A DNA stretch of 33,746 nt from a virus (Duplodnaviria > Caudoviricetes). Under the pieces are notes generated by a model that saw only the letters and a list, made by a program, of their open reading frames with translations, made no database searches and was not told the origin of the DNA. The stretch is taken from the IMG/VR virus record IMGVR_UViG_3300038393_000187, positions 1 through 33,746 of that record; one strand, 5' to 3'. Positions 14,056 to 22,700 of this stretch are shown one piece after another; the stretch's first letter is position 1, and each line of letters starts with the position of its first letter. Both the position numbers and the translations under genes were made by a program.

Positions 14056-15476
14056 CAGTACGTGAGTTTAATGGTACTAGTGATGAGCTAGTCACTGATG
14101 TTGGTGCTGCATCAGGAATGGTTTATGGAACTGTTGCCACTCTAGTAAAGTTCAGCACAGTTTCTGGCTTTCGTGACTGGACGATGCTGCACGATTCCAG
14201 TGGTTTGTACGCATGGTCACCAAATGGATTGACCAATTTCAGTACACTCCAGATGGATACTCACGGTGCAGCATCGGACTCAGGAATCAATCCTGGGACA
14301 ACCTCATGGAAGTTGATTGTAGTTCGCAAGGCCACTGGCACAACGACACCGAGATTCTCTGTGTACGATTATTCCAGTGGTACTTGGACTCACGTGTCCG
14401 GGGGGTCATCAATTAGTGATTCTTCATTCCCGCCAGGCGTCGGAGGACAAGTTAGATTTACATATCAGAACACGTCCGACTTCTTTGGTGGGCGGATTGC
14501 CGCAAGGGCTCTTTGGTCAAATTCGCTTCCTTGGACGGCGGATGCTTCTGGTGACGCAGCTATTGAAGCATCAGGTCTAAGATATTCTGCTTTCAAATGG
14601 AAGCAGAATAATCCAACACTATTCCAGCTTTTCAATCAATCAGACACATCAACACCTGTTGCAGACTTGTCAAGTGCTGGCACAGCTAATCAGACTTCAA
14701 TTAGTGGTACGACGGTTATTGCTGGAGATGACCCACCAGGATTTAATTTCTCGTTGACTTCTCCAGCGCTTTACGAATGGTCTTTCGATGAAGCATCCGG
14801 CGATATTCTTGACAGTAGCGGCCATGGTCGAAATTGGACTCCATCTGGAATCACTACTAGAACTGCTAGTGGTGGCGGTCACACTGATAAAGGATTGACT
14901 CAAAGCGGTGTCGATATTGCTTTGGGACCATCTCTGACTGGTCTTCAGACTTCAAATAGAACAGTAATGGCGTGGGTGAAGCAGACAACATCCGTCACAG
15001 CATGGCTACTTGAGTTCTATGTATCATCAATTGATTCTGGAGCATGGGGAATCCTGTTCTTGAGCGGGCAATATCATATTCAGGCGCGTAACAGCAGCGG
15101 TTTTGTCAGAGCATCGGCAGCAAGTCCTACATTCAATGTCTGGCATCACGTAGCAGGAACATATGATGGAAGCAACGTCAGACTTTACATTGACGGAACC
15201 CTTTCAGCGACAACCGCTCTGACCGGTCCATTGAGGACTGACGCAACTAACTTTAGGGTTATGGACCAGTCAAGTTCTGCAACCGTATTTGATGATGCTC
15301 GCGGATTCGACATTGCTCTTACGCAGGCTGAAATTCAGAGTTGGATGAACACGCCAGCAACACCGGCAAGCACTGGAACGAAGATTTACTTCCAAAATGG
15401 AAGCCAGGCTTCAGCGGTTTACGAGATGACAGCCGGTGGCATTCTGGTGCAGCGAAATAGTTTTGTCATCAAATGA
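14052..15476 (+). CDS. Double LamG/ConA-like lectin-domain protein
   Basis: C-terminal WSFDEASG, TVMAWVK, WHHVAGTYDGSNVRLYIDG and ALTQAEI motifs. The N-terminal half is a diverged similar domain. Confidence 0.8.
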   Translation: MTVREFNGTSDELVTDVGAASGMVYGTVATLVKFSTVSGFRDWTMLHDSSGLYAWSPNGLTNFSTLQMDTHGAASDSGINPGTTSWKLIVVRKATGTTTPRFSVYDYSSGTWTHVSGGSSISDSSFPPGVGGQVRFTYQNTSDFFGGRIAARALWSNSLPWTADASGDAAIEASGLRYSAFKWKQNNPTLFQLFNQSDTSTPVADLSSAGTANQTSISGTTVIAGDDPPGFNFSLTSPALYEWSFDEASGDILDSSGHGRNWTPSGITTRTASGGGHTDKGLTQSGVDIALGPSLTGLQTSNRTVMAWVKQTTSVTAWLLEFYVSSIDSGAWGILFLSGQYHIQARNSSGFVRASAASPTFNVWHHVAGTYDGSNVRLYIDGTLSATTALTGPLRTDATNFRVMDQSSSATVFDDARGFDIALTQAEIQSWMNTPATPASTGTKIYFQNGSQASAVYEMTAGGILVQRNSFVIK

Positions 15477-15501
15477 CAAATAAATGGGATGAGGTTATAA
15501 T
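15473..15501 (+). promoter_or_regulatory. Promoter for the neck genes (leaderless first gene)
   Basis: ATGACA-N17-TATAAT followed by N6 and ATG 15508. Confidence 0.7.
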
Positions 15502-15507
15502 TCAAAT

Positions 15508-16392
15508 ATGGAAATTTACCGAAATGACACAGCCGCAATTCAGCTAAAGGTGCCGGTCACAGCAGTGGATGGTTCATTCACAGTTACCGCTACCGATGGC
15601 TCTACAGTGCTGTACACATTTCCTACAGTCTCCGCAGTGACAGGGGGCTATCAGGTAACCTTGCCATTTAGCCTTGTTGACCGCGATAAGAAGTTCACGA
15701 TTAATTGGTCATTCAACTACCTTGAGGCATCTGTGTCCAAGGCTTACACAGCAAAGACATTTATTGAGGTGGTAACACCATATGTAACCGTCGATGAAAT
15801 CCGGGATGCCTTGGGAACAATGCCTCCAATGACTGACGCTGAGCTAAAGCGAGTCGAGCGCCGGATTCGAGGGGTCATTGACATGTACACCGGACAGAGC
15901 TTCGGACGATACAGCGGCTCTTACCGAATCCAGTCAACTGGTGACGAAGACCTAATCTTGCCAGCAAGATTGATTAGCTTGACAGGCGTAGCAGGAGCAC
16001 AATTCACTGATGTTTCTTACTACGGCTCTCGTGGAGACGGTTGGTACTTGGGACGCTCAGTCCCGGCTTACGATGACGGAAGCTACGAGTCAATTGGAGT
16101 TATTTCATACCCAGGAACAGTGTGGCGCAACCTCTGGCAGGATAACGTCTGGTACACAATCACTGGAGATTGGGGTTACGAAGATGTTCCAACAAACGTC
16201 AAGGAAGCCGCTCTAATTCTGATTGAGGACAATATCTGCCCTGACTCTGAGTACCGAGACCGTTACATCGATGGCGTCAAGACGGCTGACTATCAGTACA
16301 CTTACACGACAAACGCATTTAGAGGCACAGGCTCAGTAATTGCCGACCAGCTATTGGAGCCATACCGTCGCCCAAGTCTAGCGGTGATTTGA
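15508..16392 (+). CDS. Head-to-tail adaptor
   Basis: TPYVTVDEI, IDMYTGQSF, GDWGYEDVPTNVKEAA and ADQLLEPYRR are typical of gp6/gp15-like adaptors. Confidence 0.8.
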   Translation: MEIYRNDTAAIQLKVPVTAVDGSFTVTATDGSTVLYTFPTVSAVTGGYQVTLPFSLVDRDKKFTINWSFNYLEASVSKAYTAKTFIEVVTPYVTVDEIRDALGTMPPMTDAELKRVERRIRGVIDMYTGQSFGRYSGSYRIQSTGDEDLILPARLISLTGVAGAQFTDVSYYGSRGDGWYLGRSVPAYDDGSYESIGVISYPGTVWRNLWQDNVWYTITGDWGYEDVPTNVKEAALILIEDNICPDSEYRDRYIDGVKTADYQYTYTTNAFRGTGSVIADQLLEPYRRPSLAVI

Positions 16393-16814
16393 TGAGATGC
16401 CTTACAGGTGCCCGCTACAACATGCTCGTTGACGTATTGCAGGAAACAGTTCGTCAAGACCCGGACTCCGGAGAAGTCCGTAAGTATTGGACGGTAGCCA
16501 AGCAAGGAGTCCCTTGCACATTCCACGGAATCCTTGAGGGTGGAATTCGAGTTGCTGGTACAACTGAGCGATTCGGAAACATCTACGAGAATATTGACTG
16601 GGCAAAGATGGAGTTCTACTCAGGAGAGCCAATTACTAAGCGTAGTCAAATTACGAATGTTCGTAATCTGCGCGGGGTTATCATTTGGCGAGAAGAAGAG
16701 ATGGAAGGTGCACCTCCAACAGTATTTGACGTACAAGGTGTAACTCCTATTGTCGATTCTATGGGAAATAACTCTGAAAACACCGCCCTGCTACAGAGGC
16801 ACGAGGTTCAGTGA
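16392..16814 (+). CDS. Head-to-tail stopper / closure protein
   Basis: Size, synteny, QDPDSGEVRKYW motif and TGATG overlap with the adaptor stop. Confidence 0.65.
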   Translation: MRCLTGARYNMLVDVLQETVRQDPDSGEVRKYWTVAKQGVPCTFHGILEGGIRVAGTTERFGNIYENIDWAKMEFYSGEPITKRSQITNVRNLRGVIIWREEEMEGAPPTVFDVQGVTPIVDSMGNNSENTALLQRHEVQ

Positions 16815-17608
16815 GCGGAATCAACTTTACCGCTGACACCAGCGAGGCCAACTACTTGACCGGATTCCTGAAGGGTCTTTCCGAGCAAATCAGGACAGAC
16901 CAACACATGGGTCCGGTCTTGAAGTATGTTCACGCTGAGTTGGCACAGGCCTTTGATGATTACATGACTGCAATCTCAACTGCCGACCCAAGCCGATTCC
17001 ACCACGTGTATGAGTGGAACCAAATTGGTAATCCACAAGCCAAGCTGTGGAAGAACGTTCTTCGAGGCCATGGTGGAAATCGAACGGCTACCTGGACATG
17101 GCGGGCATCAAAGACGATTGTCCCTGTAACCGCCGAAGCACAGGAAGTCGGAGTTGAGCAAGTCCACGTCTTCGTATGGAAGGCACCAGTAATGGAATAT
17201 GCAACAAACATTACTATTTCACCATCAAGAAAGACAGGCTTGGCTTACTTCACAGGACCGGTTTCTGATGACGGACGTTGGGAGCTTCGATTCACGAAGA
17301 GTCCAATTGATGTTCAAAATCCTGGAGGTGCACAGGTTAAGGGAGCCTTCACCGCAGCTTTCCTTGAATGGTGGGGTGGAGCCGGTGCACAAGCAGAATT
17401 CTCAAGCAGAATTCGCCGGGTTCTGGAGCAGGATTTCGCAAATATGCCGGATTCCTTCAAGAAAGGGACAAGAGCTAGAACAAAGACCTTTACGATTACA
17501 GGAGAAGCAGCGGGACACAAGGCGGCTCAGGCATGGCTAAGGGCAAGAGATAACAAGTACATCGAGATGGCAGCAGCGCGGTCTCGAATGATGGGAGATG
17601 ACGAATAA
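16811..17608 (+). CDS. Neck/tail-completion-region protein
   Basis: Long ORF coupled by a GTGA overlap, located between stopper and tail terminator. Confidence 0.65.
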   Translation: MSGINFTADTSEANYLTGFLKGLSEQIRTDQHMGPVLKYVHAELAQAFDDYMTAISTADPSRFHHVYEWNQIGNPQAKLWKNVLRGHGGNRTATWTWRASKTIVPVTAEAQEVGVEQVHVFVWKAPVMEYATNITISPSRKTGLAYFTGPVSDDGRWELRFTKSPIDVQNPGGAQVKGAFTAAFLEWWGGAGAQAEFSSRIRRVLEQDFANMPDSFKKGTRARTKTFTITGEAAGHKAAQAWLRARDNKYIEMAAARSRMMGDDE

Positions 17609-18147
17609 TGGCTGACTACGCTTCGATTGGAACTTACCAGTTGAATCGCTGGCTCTTGTCAAAGCTGAAAGACTTGATGTGGACGAATGACCAAACCGGT
17701 AATCAGGAGAAGGTATTCAAAGCATATCAATTTGCCGGGGGTTCTTCAGCACTGAGCCCATTCGTACAAGGAGCACCAATTCCTGACCTAACAAATCTAT
17801 CCGGTGGACCACCATTCATCGTCTTCAGTTACTCAACGGGTTCAGGAATTACGTGGGAGAGGATTAGAGAGCAGGCGGCTTACGTCATTTGGGACTCCAA
17901 CACCTTGCGCCTACGTATCATTCAGAATTACATGAAGGATTTGCTTGGCAGATTCGAGTGGACGGCAGAGGAAATCAATGACTATCTGAATGCCAGCACG
18001 ACATCGCCATTCGACTTTAAGTACGTCCAGACAACCACTGTGACCAGTCCAGACCCGGCTATTTCTGAGCAAGGTCGTCAAAAGGGATTGGTTGTAGCAG
18101 CATTTGAATACACCAGAGACATGGACCAGCGTGGAATGCGGTCCTGA
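17608..18147 (+). CDS. Putative tail terminator
   Basis: PPFIVFSY motif, size and position directly before the major tail gene. Confidence 0.65.
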   Translation: MADYASIGTYQLNRWLLSKLKDLMWTNDQTGNQEKVFKAYQFAGGSSALSPFVQGAPIPDLTNLSGGPPFIVFSYSTGSGITWERIREQAAYVIWDSNTLRLRIIQNYMKDLLGRFEWTAEEINDYLNASTTSPFDFKYVQTTTVTSPDPAISEQGRQKGLVVAAFEYTRDMDQRGMRS

Positions 18148-18177
18148 TTGGCTTTATAAAAAGACTGGCTGTACGCT
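18148..18177 (+). promoter_or_regulatory. Promoter for the major tail gene
   Basis: TTGGCT-N18-TACGCT. Confidence 0.6.
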
Positions 18178-18235
18178 TAGTATTGAGGAAAAGCCTAGCC
18201 AGCATTACCAAATTTGATGGAGGTGACATAAAAAC

Positions 18236-18916
18236 ATGACATATCAGGTACGTAACATTATCATTGGTGCCGCTGCAATCTACCTTTCTGCAAAGGACAG
18301 CACGCAGGCAGGATGGGTTGCCGCAACTGGAACTGCCGCTACCGCTTCTAAGGAAGAGATTTTGGCAGGACAGAACGGTCCATCTCTACCTAAGGTTGCA
18401 TCCGGTTCACTAGTCGTAGGACTTGATGCCGACGCTGATTTCAAGCACGTCGGATTCACTTCTGAGGGACTTGAAATTTCCTATGAGCCAGACTACGGTG
18501 ACGTAGAGGTTGACCAGTTGCTCGACTCCGCAAAGCTTTTCAAGCAGAGCATGCGAGTTACTGTTAACACCACGTTCACTGAGGCTTCTCTAGAGAACTT
18601 GCTAGTTGTTTGGGGTCAGGGAGCAACTACCCTTACTTCATCCGGAACTGACACGACTCTAGGATTTGCCGCTGGTGCACTTGGTGATGAGCCAACTGAG
18701 CGTGCCCTTGTTGCTGTTGGTCCTGGACCACGTACAGCAGCCGGTGCAAAGCGTGAGCGCGTATACCACGCTCGCCGTGTTCTCTCCGTTGAATCATCCA
18801 GCCAGGCACTTCGTCGTAACGAGGCTACGGTATTCCCAGTTTCCTTCCGACTACTACCAGACCCACTATTCGTGGCTGCCGAGTATGGAATCATCCGCGA
18901 CCGCACGGTTGCGTGA
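18236..18916 (+). CDS. Major tail (tube) protein
   Basis: NIIIGAA, VGFTSEGLEISY, VDQL, EASLENL and FPVSFRLLPD motifs. GGAGGTGA SD. Flanked by promoter and terminator. Confidence 0.88.
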   Translation: MTYQVRNIIIGAAAIYLSAKDSTQAGWVAATGTAATASKEEILAGQNGPSLPKVASGSLVVGLDADADFKHVGFTSEGLEISYEPDYGDVEVDQLLDSAKLFKQSMRVTVNTTFTEASLENLLVVWGQGATTLTSSGTDTTLGFAAGALGDEPTERALVAVGPGPRTAAGAKRERVYHARRVLSVESSSQALRRNEATVFPVSFRLLPDPLFVAAEYGIIRDRTVA

Positions 18917-18937
18917 CCCTAGGATATACCAAAAGAT

Positions 18938-18965
18938 GCCCCCGCTTCGGCGGGGGTTTCTTATT
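18938..18965 (+). terminator. Intrinsic terminator after the major tail gene
   Basis: GCCCCCGC-ttcg-GCGGGGGT-TTCTTATT. Confidence 0.88.
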
Positions 18966-18980
18966 GCTGATTGACCAAAA

Positions 18981-19010
18981 TTGGCCTGTTTCCAACATTT
19001 CCGTTATAAT
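18981..19010 (+). promoter_or_regulatory. Promoter for the chaperone/tape measure unit
   Basis: TTGGCC-N18-TATAAT, followed by hairpin TGTGCAG-taa-CTGCACA (19016-19032) at the predicted 5' end. Confidence 0.7.
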
Positions 19011-19052
19011 AGGATTGTGCAGTAACTGCACATCATCCAAGGAGGAAGTACA

Positions 19053-19496
19053 TTGGCAACAGCGGTTTATACCGTAGAGGAGGTTGAGCTTCAGGATGGC
19101 AGGAGTGCCACACTGAGACCACTCGTAGTTAAGAGGCTTCGTAGATTTATGAAGATGATGGCCGAGATGGGAACAACCGACGATGAAGAAGTAATTGAGG
19201 ACATCATGCTCAATTGTGCAGCATTCTGTATCTCAAAGGAACATCCACAATACTGGGATGTTAACAAGCATAATGGTTCTTACCCAGACCCAGAGTACGT
19301 AAAGACCGGGGCTGAGAATGAGGACATTCCAAAGATTGACCGCATGAAGGGTGGCTACACCGAGGAATTCGAGGAAGCAGCCGACATGCCAACCGTAACA
19401 AAGATTATTGAGGTCTGTGGTGGTATCAACTTCTCTGACCCAAATCTTCTGAGGGCAGCACAGGAAGCAGCAGCACAAGCTGGGACGAGGGACTAG
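19053..19496 (+). CDS. Tail assembly chaperone (short form, gpG-like)
   Basis: Lies between major tail and tape measure. AAGGAGG RBS, TTG start. Confidence 0.85.
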   Translation: MATAVYTVEEVELQDGRSATLRPLVVKRLRRFMKMMAEMGTTDDEEVIEDIMLNCAAFCISKEHPQYWDVNKHNGSYPDPEYVKTGAENEDIPKIDRMKGGYTEEFEEAADMPTVTKIIEVCGGINFSDPNLLRAAQEAAAQAGTRD

Positions 19497-19789
19497 CAGA
19501 AACGTTGGCTGAAGTCTTCTTGCTAGGTATCTGGAAGAATTTCGATGAGATTGAAGAAAGTCTAAATGTCTTCGAAATCAACGCAATTCGAGATGCTGCC
19601 CGTAAGCGGGACCATGAAAGACGTAAGTTCGAGGCAATGCTCCACAAGGGTGTTGACTTGGATGAAGGAAGTAATGATGGCACACCGACGTTCGAGGACA
19701 TCAAGCGTCGTGCCGAAGCAAGAAATCGCGGGGTCTCCGAGGAGCAGCTAGAATTCGCTGACATCGGAATTCAAATCATTGAGGAGTAG
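19439..19789 (+). CDS. Tail assembly chaperone extension (gpGT-like), reached by -1 frameshift at C CCA AAT (19439-19445)
   Basis: The -1 frame opens exactly at 19439, after TGA 19436-19438, on an X XXY YYZ heptamer, and stays open to TAG 19789. Confidence 0.85.
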   Translation, partial: PKSSEGSTGSSSTSWDEGLAETLAEVFLLGIWKNFDEIEESLNVFEINAIRDAARKRDHERRKFEAMLHKGVDLDEGSNDGTPTFEDIKRRAEARNRGVSEEQLEFADIGIQIIEE

Positions 19790-19798
19790 GTGTAAGAA

Positions 19799-22700
19799 AT
19801 AGAGAACATCCAGATTCGGTTTAACGGTACGGCTGACTTCAAGGAAGTCTATGCCGAAGCCGCAAAGCTGAATGCCAAGTTGGCTGCGATGCAGAAGCAG
19901 CTTGCCGGATTGAGCCCAAATGTGCTGAATGACCAGCGCCGGGGATTCAATAAGGATTTCGTTAACTCTGGCTTGCTAAAGGATTATTCAATCCAGGCTG
20001 TCAAGGCTAAGAGCGCAACACAGGCTTTCACCGAATCTCTTGTAAAGCAAGACATTGGTCTTCGCAAGGCAATCGCCGGTCGCAAGATGTTCTCAGACGT
20101 ACTCCGCGAGCAAATCAATCTACAGAAGATGCTCGCCGTTCAGTGGTCAAAGGGTCCAGGCGGAAGTATCTCCGCAGATGTAATTATGCCGAAGGGCGTT
20201 GACCAGCAGGTCTCTCGACTATCTGGTTCGCTCCGTGAAAACGTAAAGGCACTTGCACAAAACAAGGTTGGAACGGCTGAGTTCACTCAGGCAGCAGATG
20301 TTGCCCGTATGAGACTTGGCCTTTTCAACGAAATCGTAGCTAGCTCCGCTGACAACATGATTAAGTGGGGTAAGAACACTCAGTGGGCCGGTCGTCAGTT
20401 GATGGTCGGTTTCACTGTTCCATTTGCAGCATTTGCGGCGGTTGCAGGAGTTGCAGCCAACAACGTCGATAAGGAAATGACCCGTATCGTCAAGGTTTAC
20501 GATACGACGGCAACAGACGTTATCGGCAAAGAGCGCGAGCTTGCACAGGTTCGTCAGCAGTCAATGGGTATGGCTACCCAGATTGCAAAGAAGTATGGAG
20601 CGGCAGTTCAGGACACTCTCAACGTAGAGGCTGAGCTAGCCGCTACTGGTCTTCAGGGACAAGACCTTATGAAGTCATCCGCCGAGGTTATGCGAATTGC
20701 AACCCTTGGTGAAATGGATTACCAGAAGGCAACCGAAATGACGATTGCCCTTCAGACTGCATTCCGCCTTAACACGGAGCAGACCACGGACGCCATGAAC
20801 TTCATGAACTCCGTTGAAAACGCTACCAGCTTGAGTCTTCAGGACTTCGCTGACGCTACACCACGCGCCGCTGCCGCTTTGGCCGGGTTGGGTGTAAATG
20901 TTAAGGAAATGGGTGTCCTCCTTGTTGCTATGAAGGAGCGCGGTGTTGATGCTACTGAAGGTGCTAACGCTCTAAAGTCAGCAACCACCAGAATGCTGAA
21001 CCCAACTAACAAGGCTGTCGAGTCATTCAAGTCATTTGGAATTAGCCTAAAGGACATTTCAGAGCAGGGTCAGGGTAACCTATTCAAGACTCTTGAACTA
21101 ATGGGTTCAGAATTCAAGCGAGTTGGACTGTCCGCATTTGAGCAGCAGAAGCTAATCGCTGATGCATTCGGAACCTACCAGTTCAACCGACTCAACGCTG
21201 CATTGCAGGGTATTACAGATAAGACCGGGCAGACTGGAAAGGCCTTTGAGCTTATGGGTCAGTCTGCTGAAGAAGCAGCAGCCATGGCTCAGCAAGAGCT
21301 TGACCGTGCGGCAAATAGCATTTCCGGAAAGTTCAAGCGAGCCATTGAAGGTCTAAAGGCTGAACTTGCTACCTTTGGAGAGCCATTCGTTAAGGCAGCT
21401 ACAACAGTAGTAAATGTCGTTACTTCAATTCTCAAGGCATTCAACAACTTGCCTGACGGAGTAAAGAAGTTTGGTCTGATTGTTGCCGGTGCAATGGCAC
21501 TTGCCGGTCCACTAATTATGATTACCGGTTTGATGGCTAACCTCATCGGACAGGCTCTCAAGATGGGGACCAGCCTTGTCATGCTTACGACAAAGTATCG
21601 TACAATGACAGTTGAGCAGAAGGCACAGGCTCTTCTCTCAAAGCAGAATTCATTGCTTTGGTCACAGGAAGCTACTTCAGCCCAGCTACTCAATGCTCAG
21701 CTAGCAAACCTAACAAGCCGCTTTGAAGCATTGGCAGTTGCACAGGCTCAGGCGAATGGACTGCCATACACTGGGTTCGGAAGTCCAACTGGATTTATTG
21801 GTCCTCAGGGGCCACAACTAACACAGGATAAGAACGGTAAATACCGTCGTGCCAATGGAACCTTTGCATCAGCCGCCGAAATCAAGAATTTCCAGACGAT
21901 GCAGAATGCAGCCCAGAACATTCAGGGTGCATCCGCCGCGACCGCCAAGAACTGGTCAGGAATTGCCGCAAGCGCCGGTGCTCTAGCCGCCGCTGGTACA
22001 GTCACGGCTTCAATGGTTGCCCCAACAAGTGACCTTGTAAACAACCTTACGAATGCAGCCCTTATCGCTGCCATGATTGGACCATCTCTAGTTAAGGGTC
22101 TTAGGTCAGCAAAGGTTGCTGAAATCGCAAGTAGTGTATTTGGTAAGATTGGCTTCGGTAAGGGTGGAAAGCTAGCCAGTGGAGCAGCAACGACATTCAA
22201 GGCCATTGGTGCGCGAATCGCGGCTCTTGGTCCGATGTTGCTACGTCTTGCTGGACCAATTGGTATTATCGGTGGAACTGCACTGATGATTTTCCTCAAG
22301 ATTCGCTCAGAGCAGAAGAAGTCTGACGAGAACATGAGGAAGATTGGTGAGTCCACCAAGGATTGGGCAGACATTCTCGGTTACGTCCGCATTGAGACCG
22401 GCAAGATTACTGATGCTCAGGGCAACCAAGTTGCCACGGCTGAGGGAATGGCAGACAAGCTACGTCAGGCCAACAAGCCACTCGTTGACCGTCTCAAGAT
22501 GCTCAAGCAGCTAACCGACCAGTCACAACTCCTAGACGCTGTAACCATGGAAGGAATCAAGGTTAAGCAGTCCGGAGGTACTGCCGCACAGGCAAAGCAG
22601 GCTATGAAGGTCGCTTTGATGGCAGCCGGGTTTACTGAGCAGGAAGTTGATGTCACAATCTTGCCAAAGATTCACATTGACCTAAGCAACCAGCAAGAGG

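Noticed and set aside
19787-19798. Stop-codon read-through fusing the chaperone to the tape measure, or genome-wide recoding
   Set aside because: Two different stops (TAG, TAA) lie two codons apart, and all other genes are intact under the standard code.
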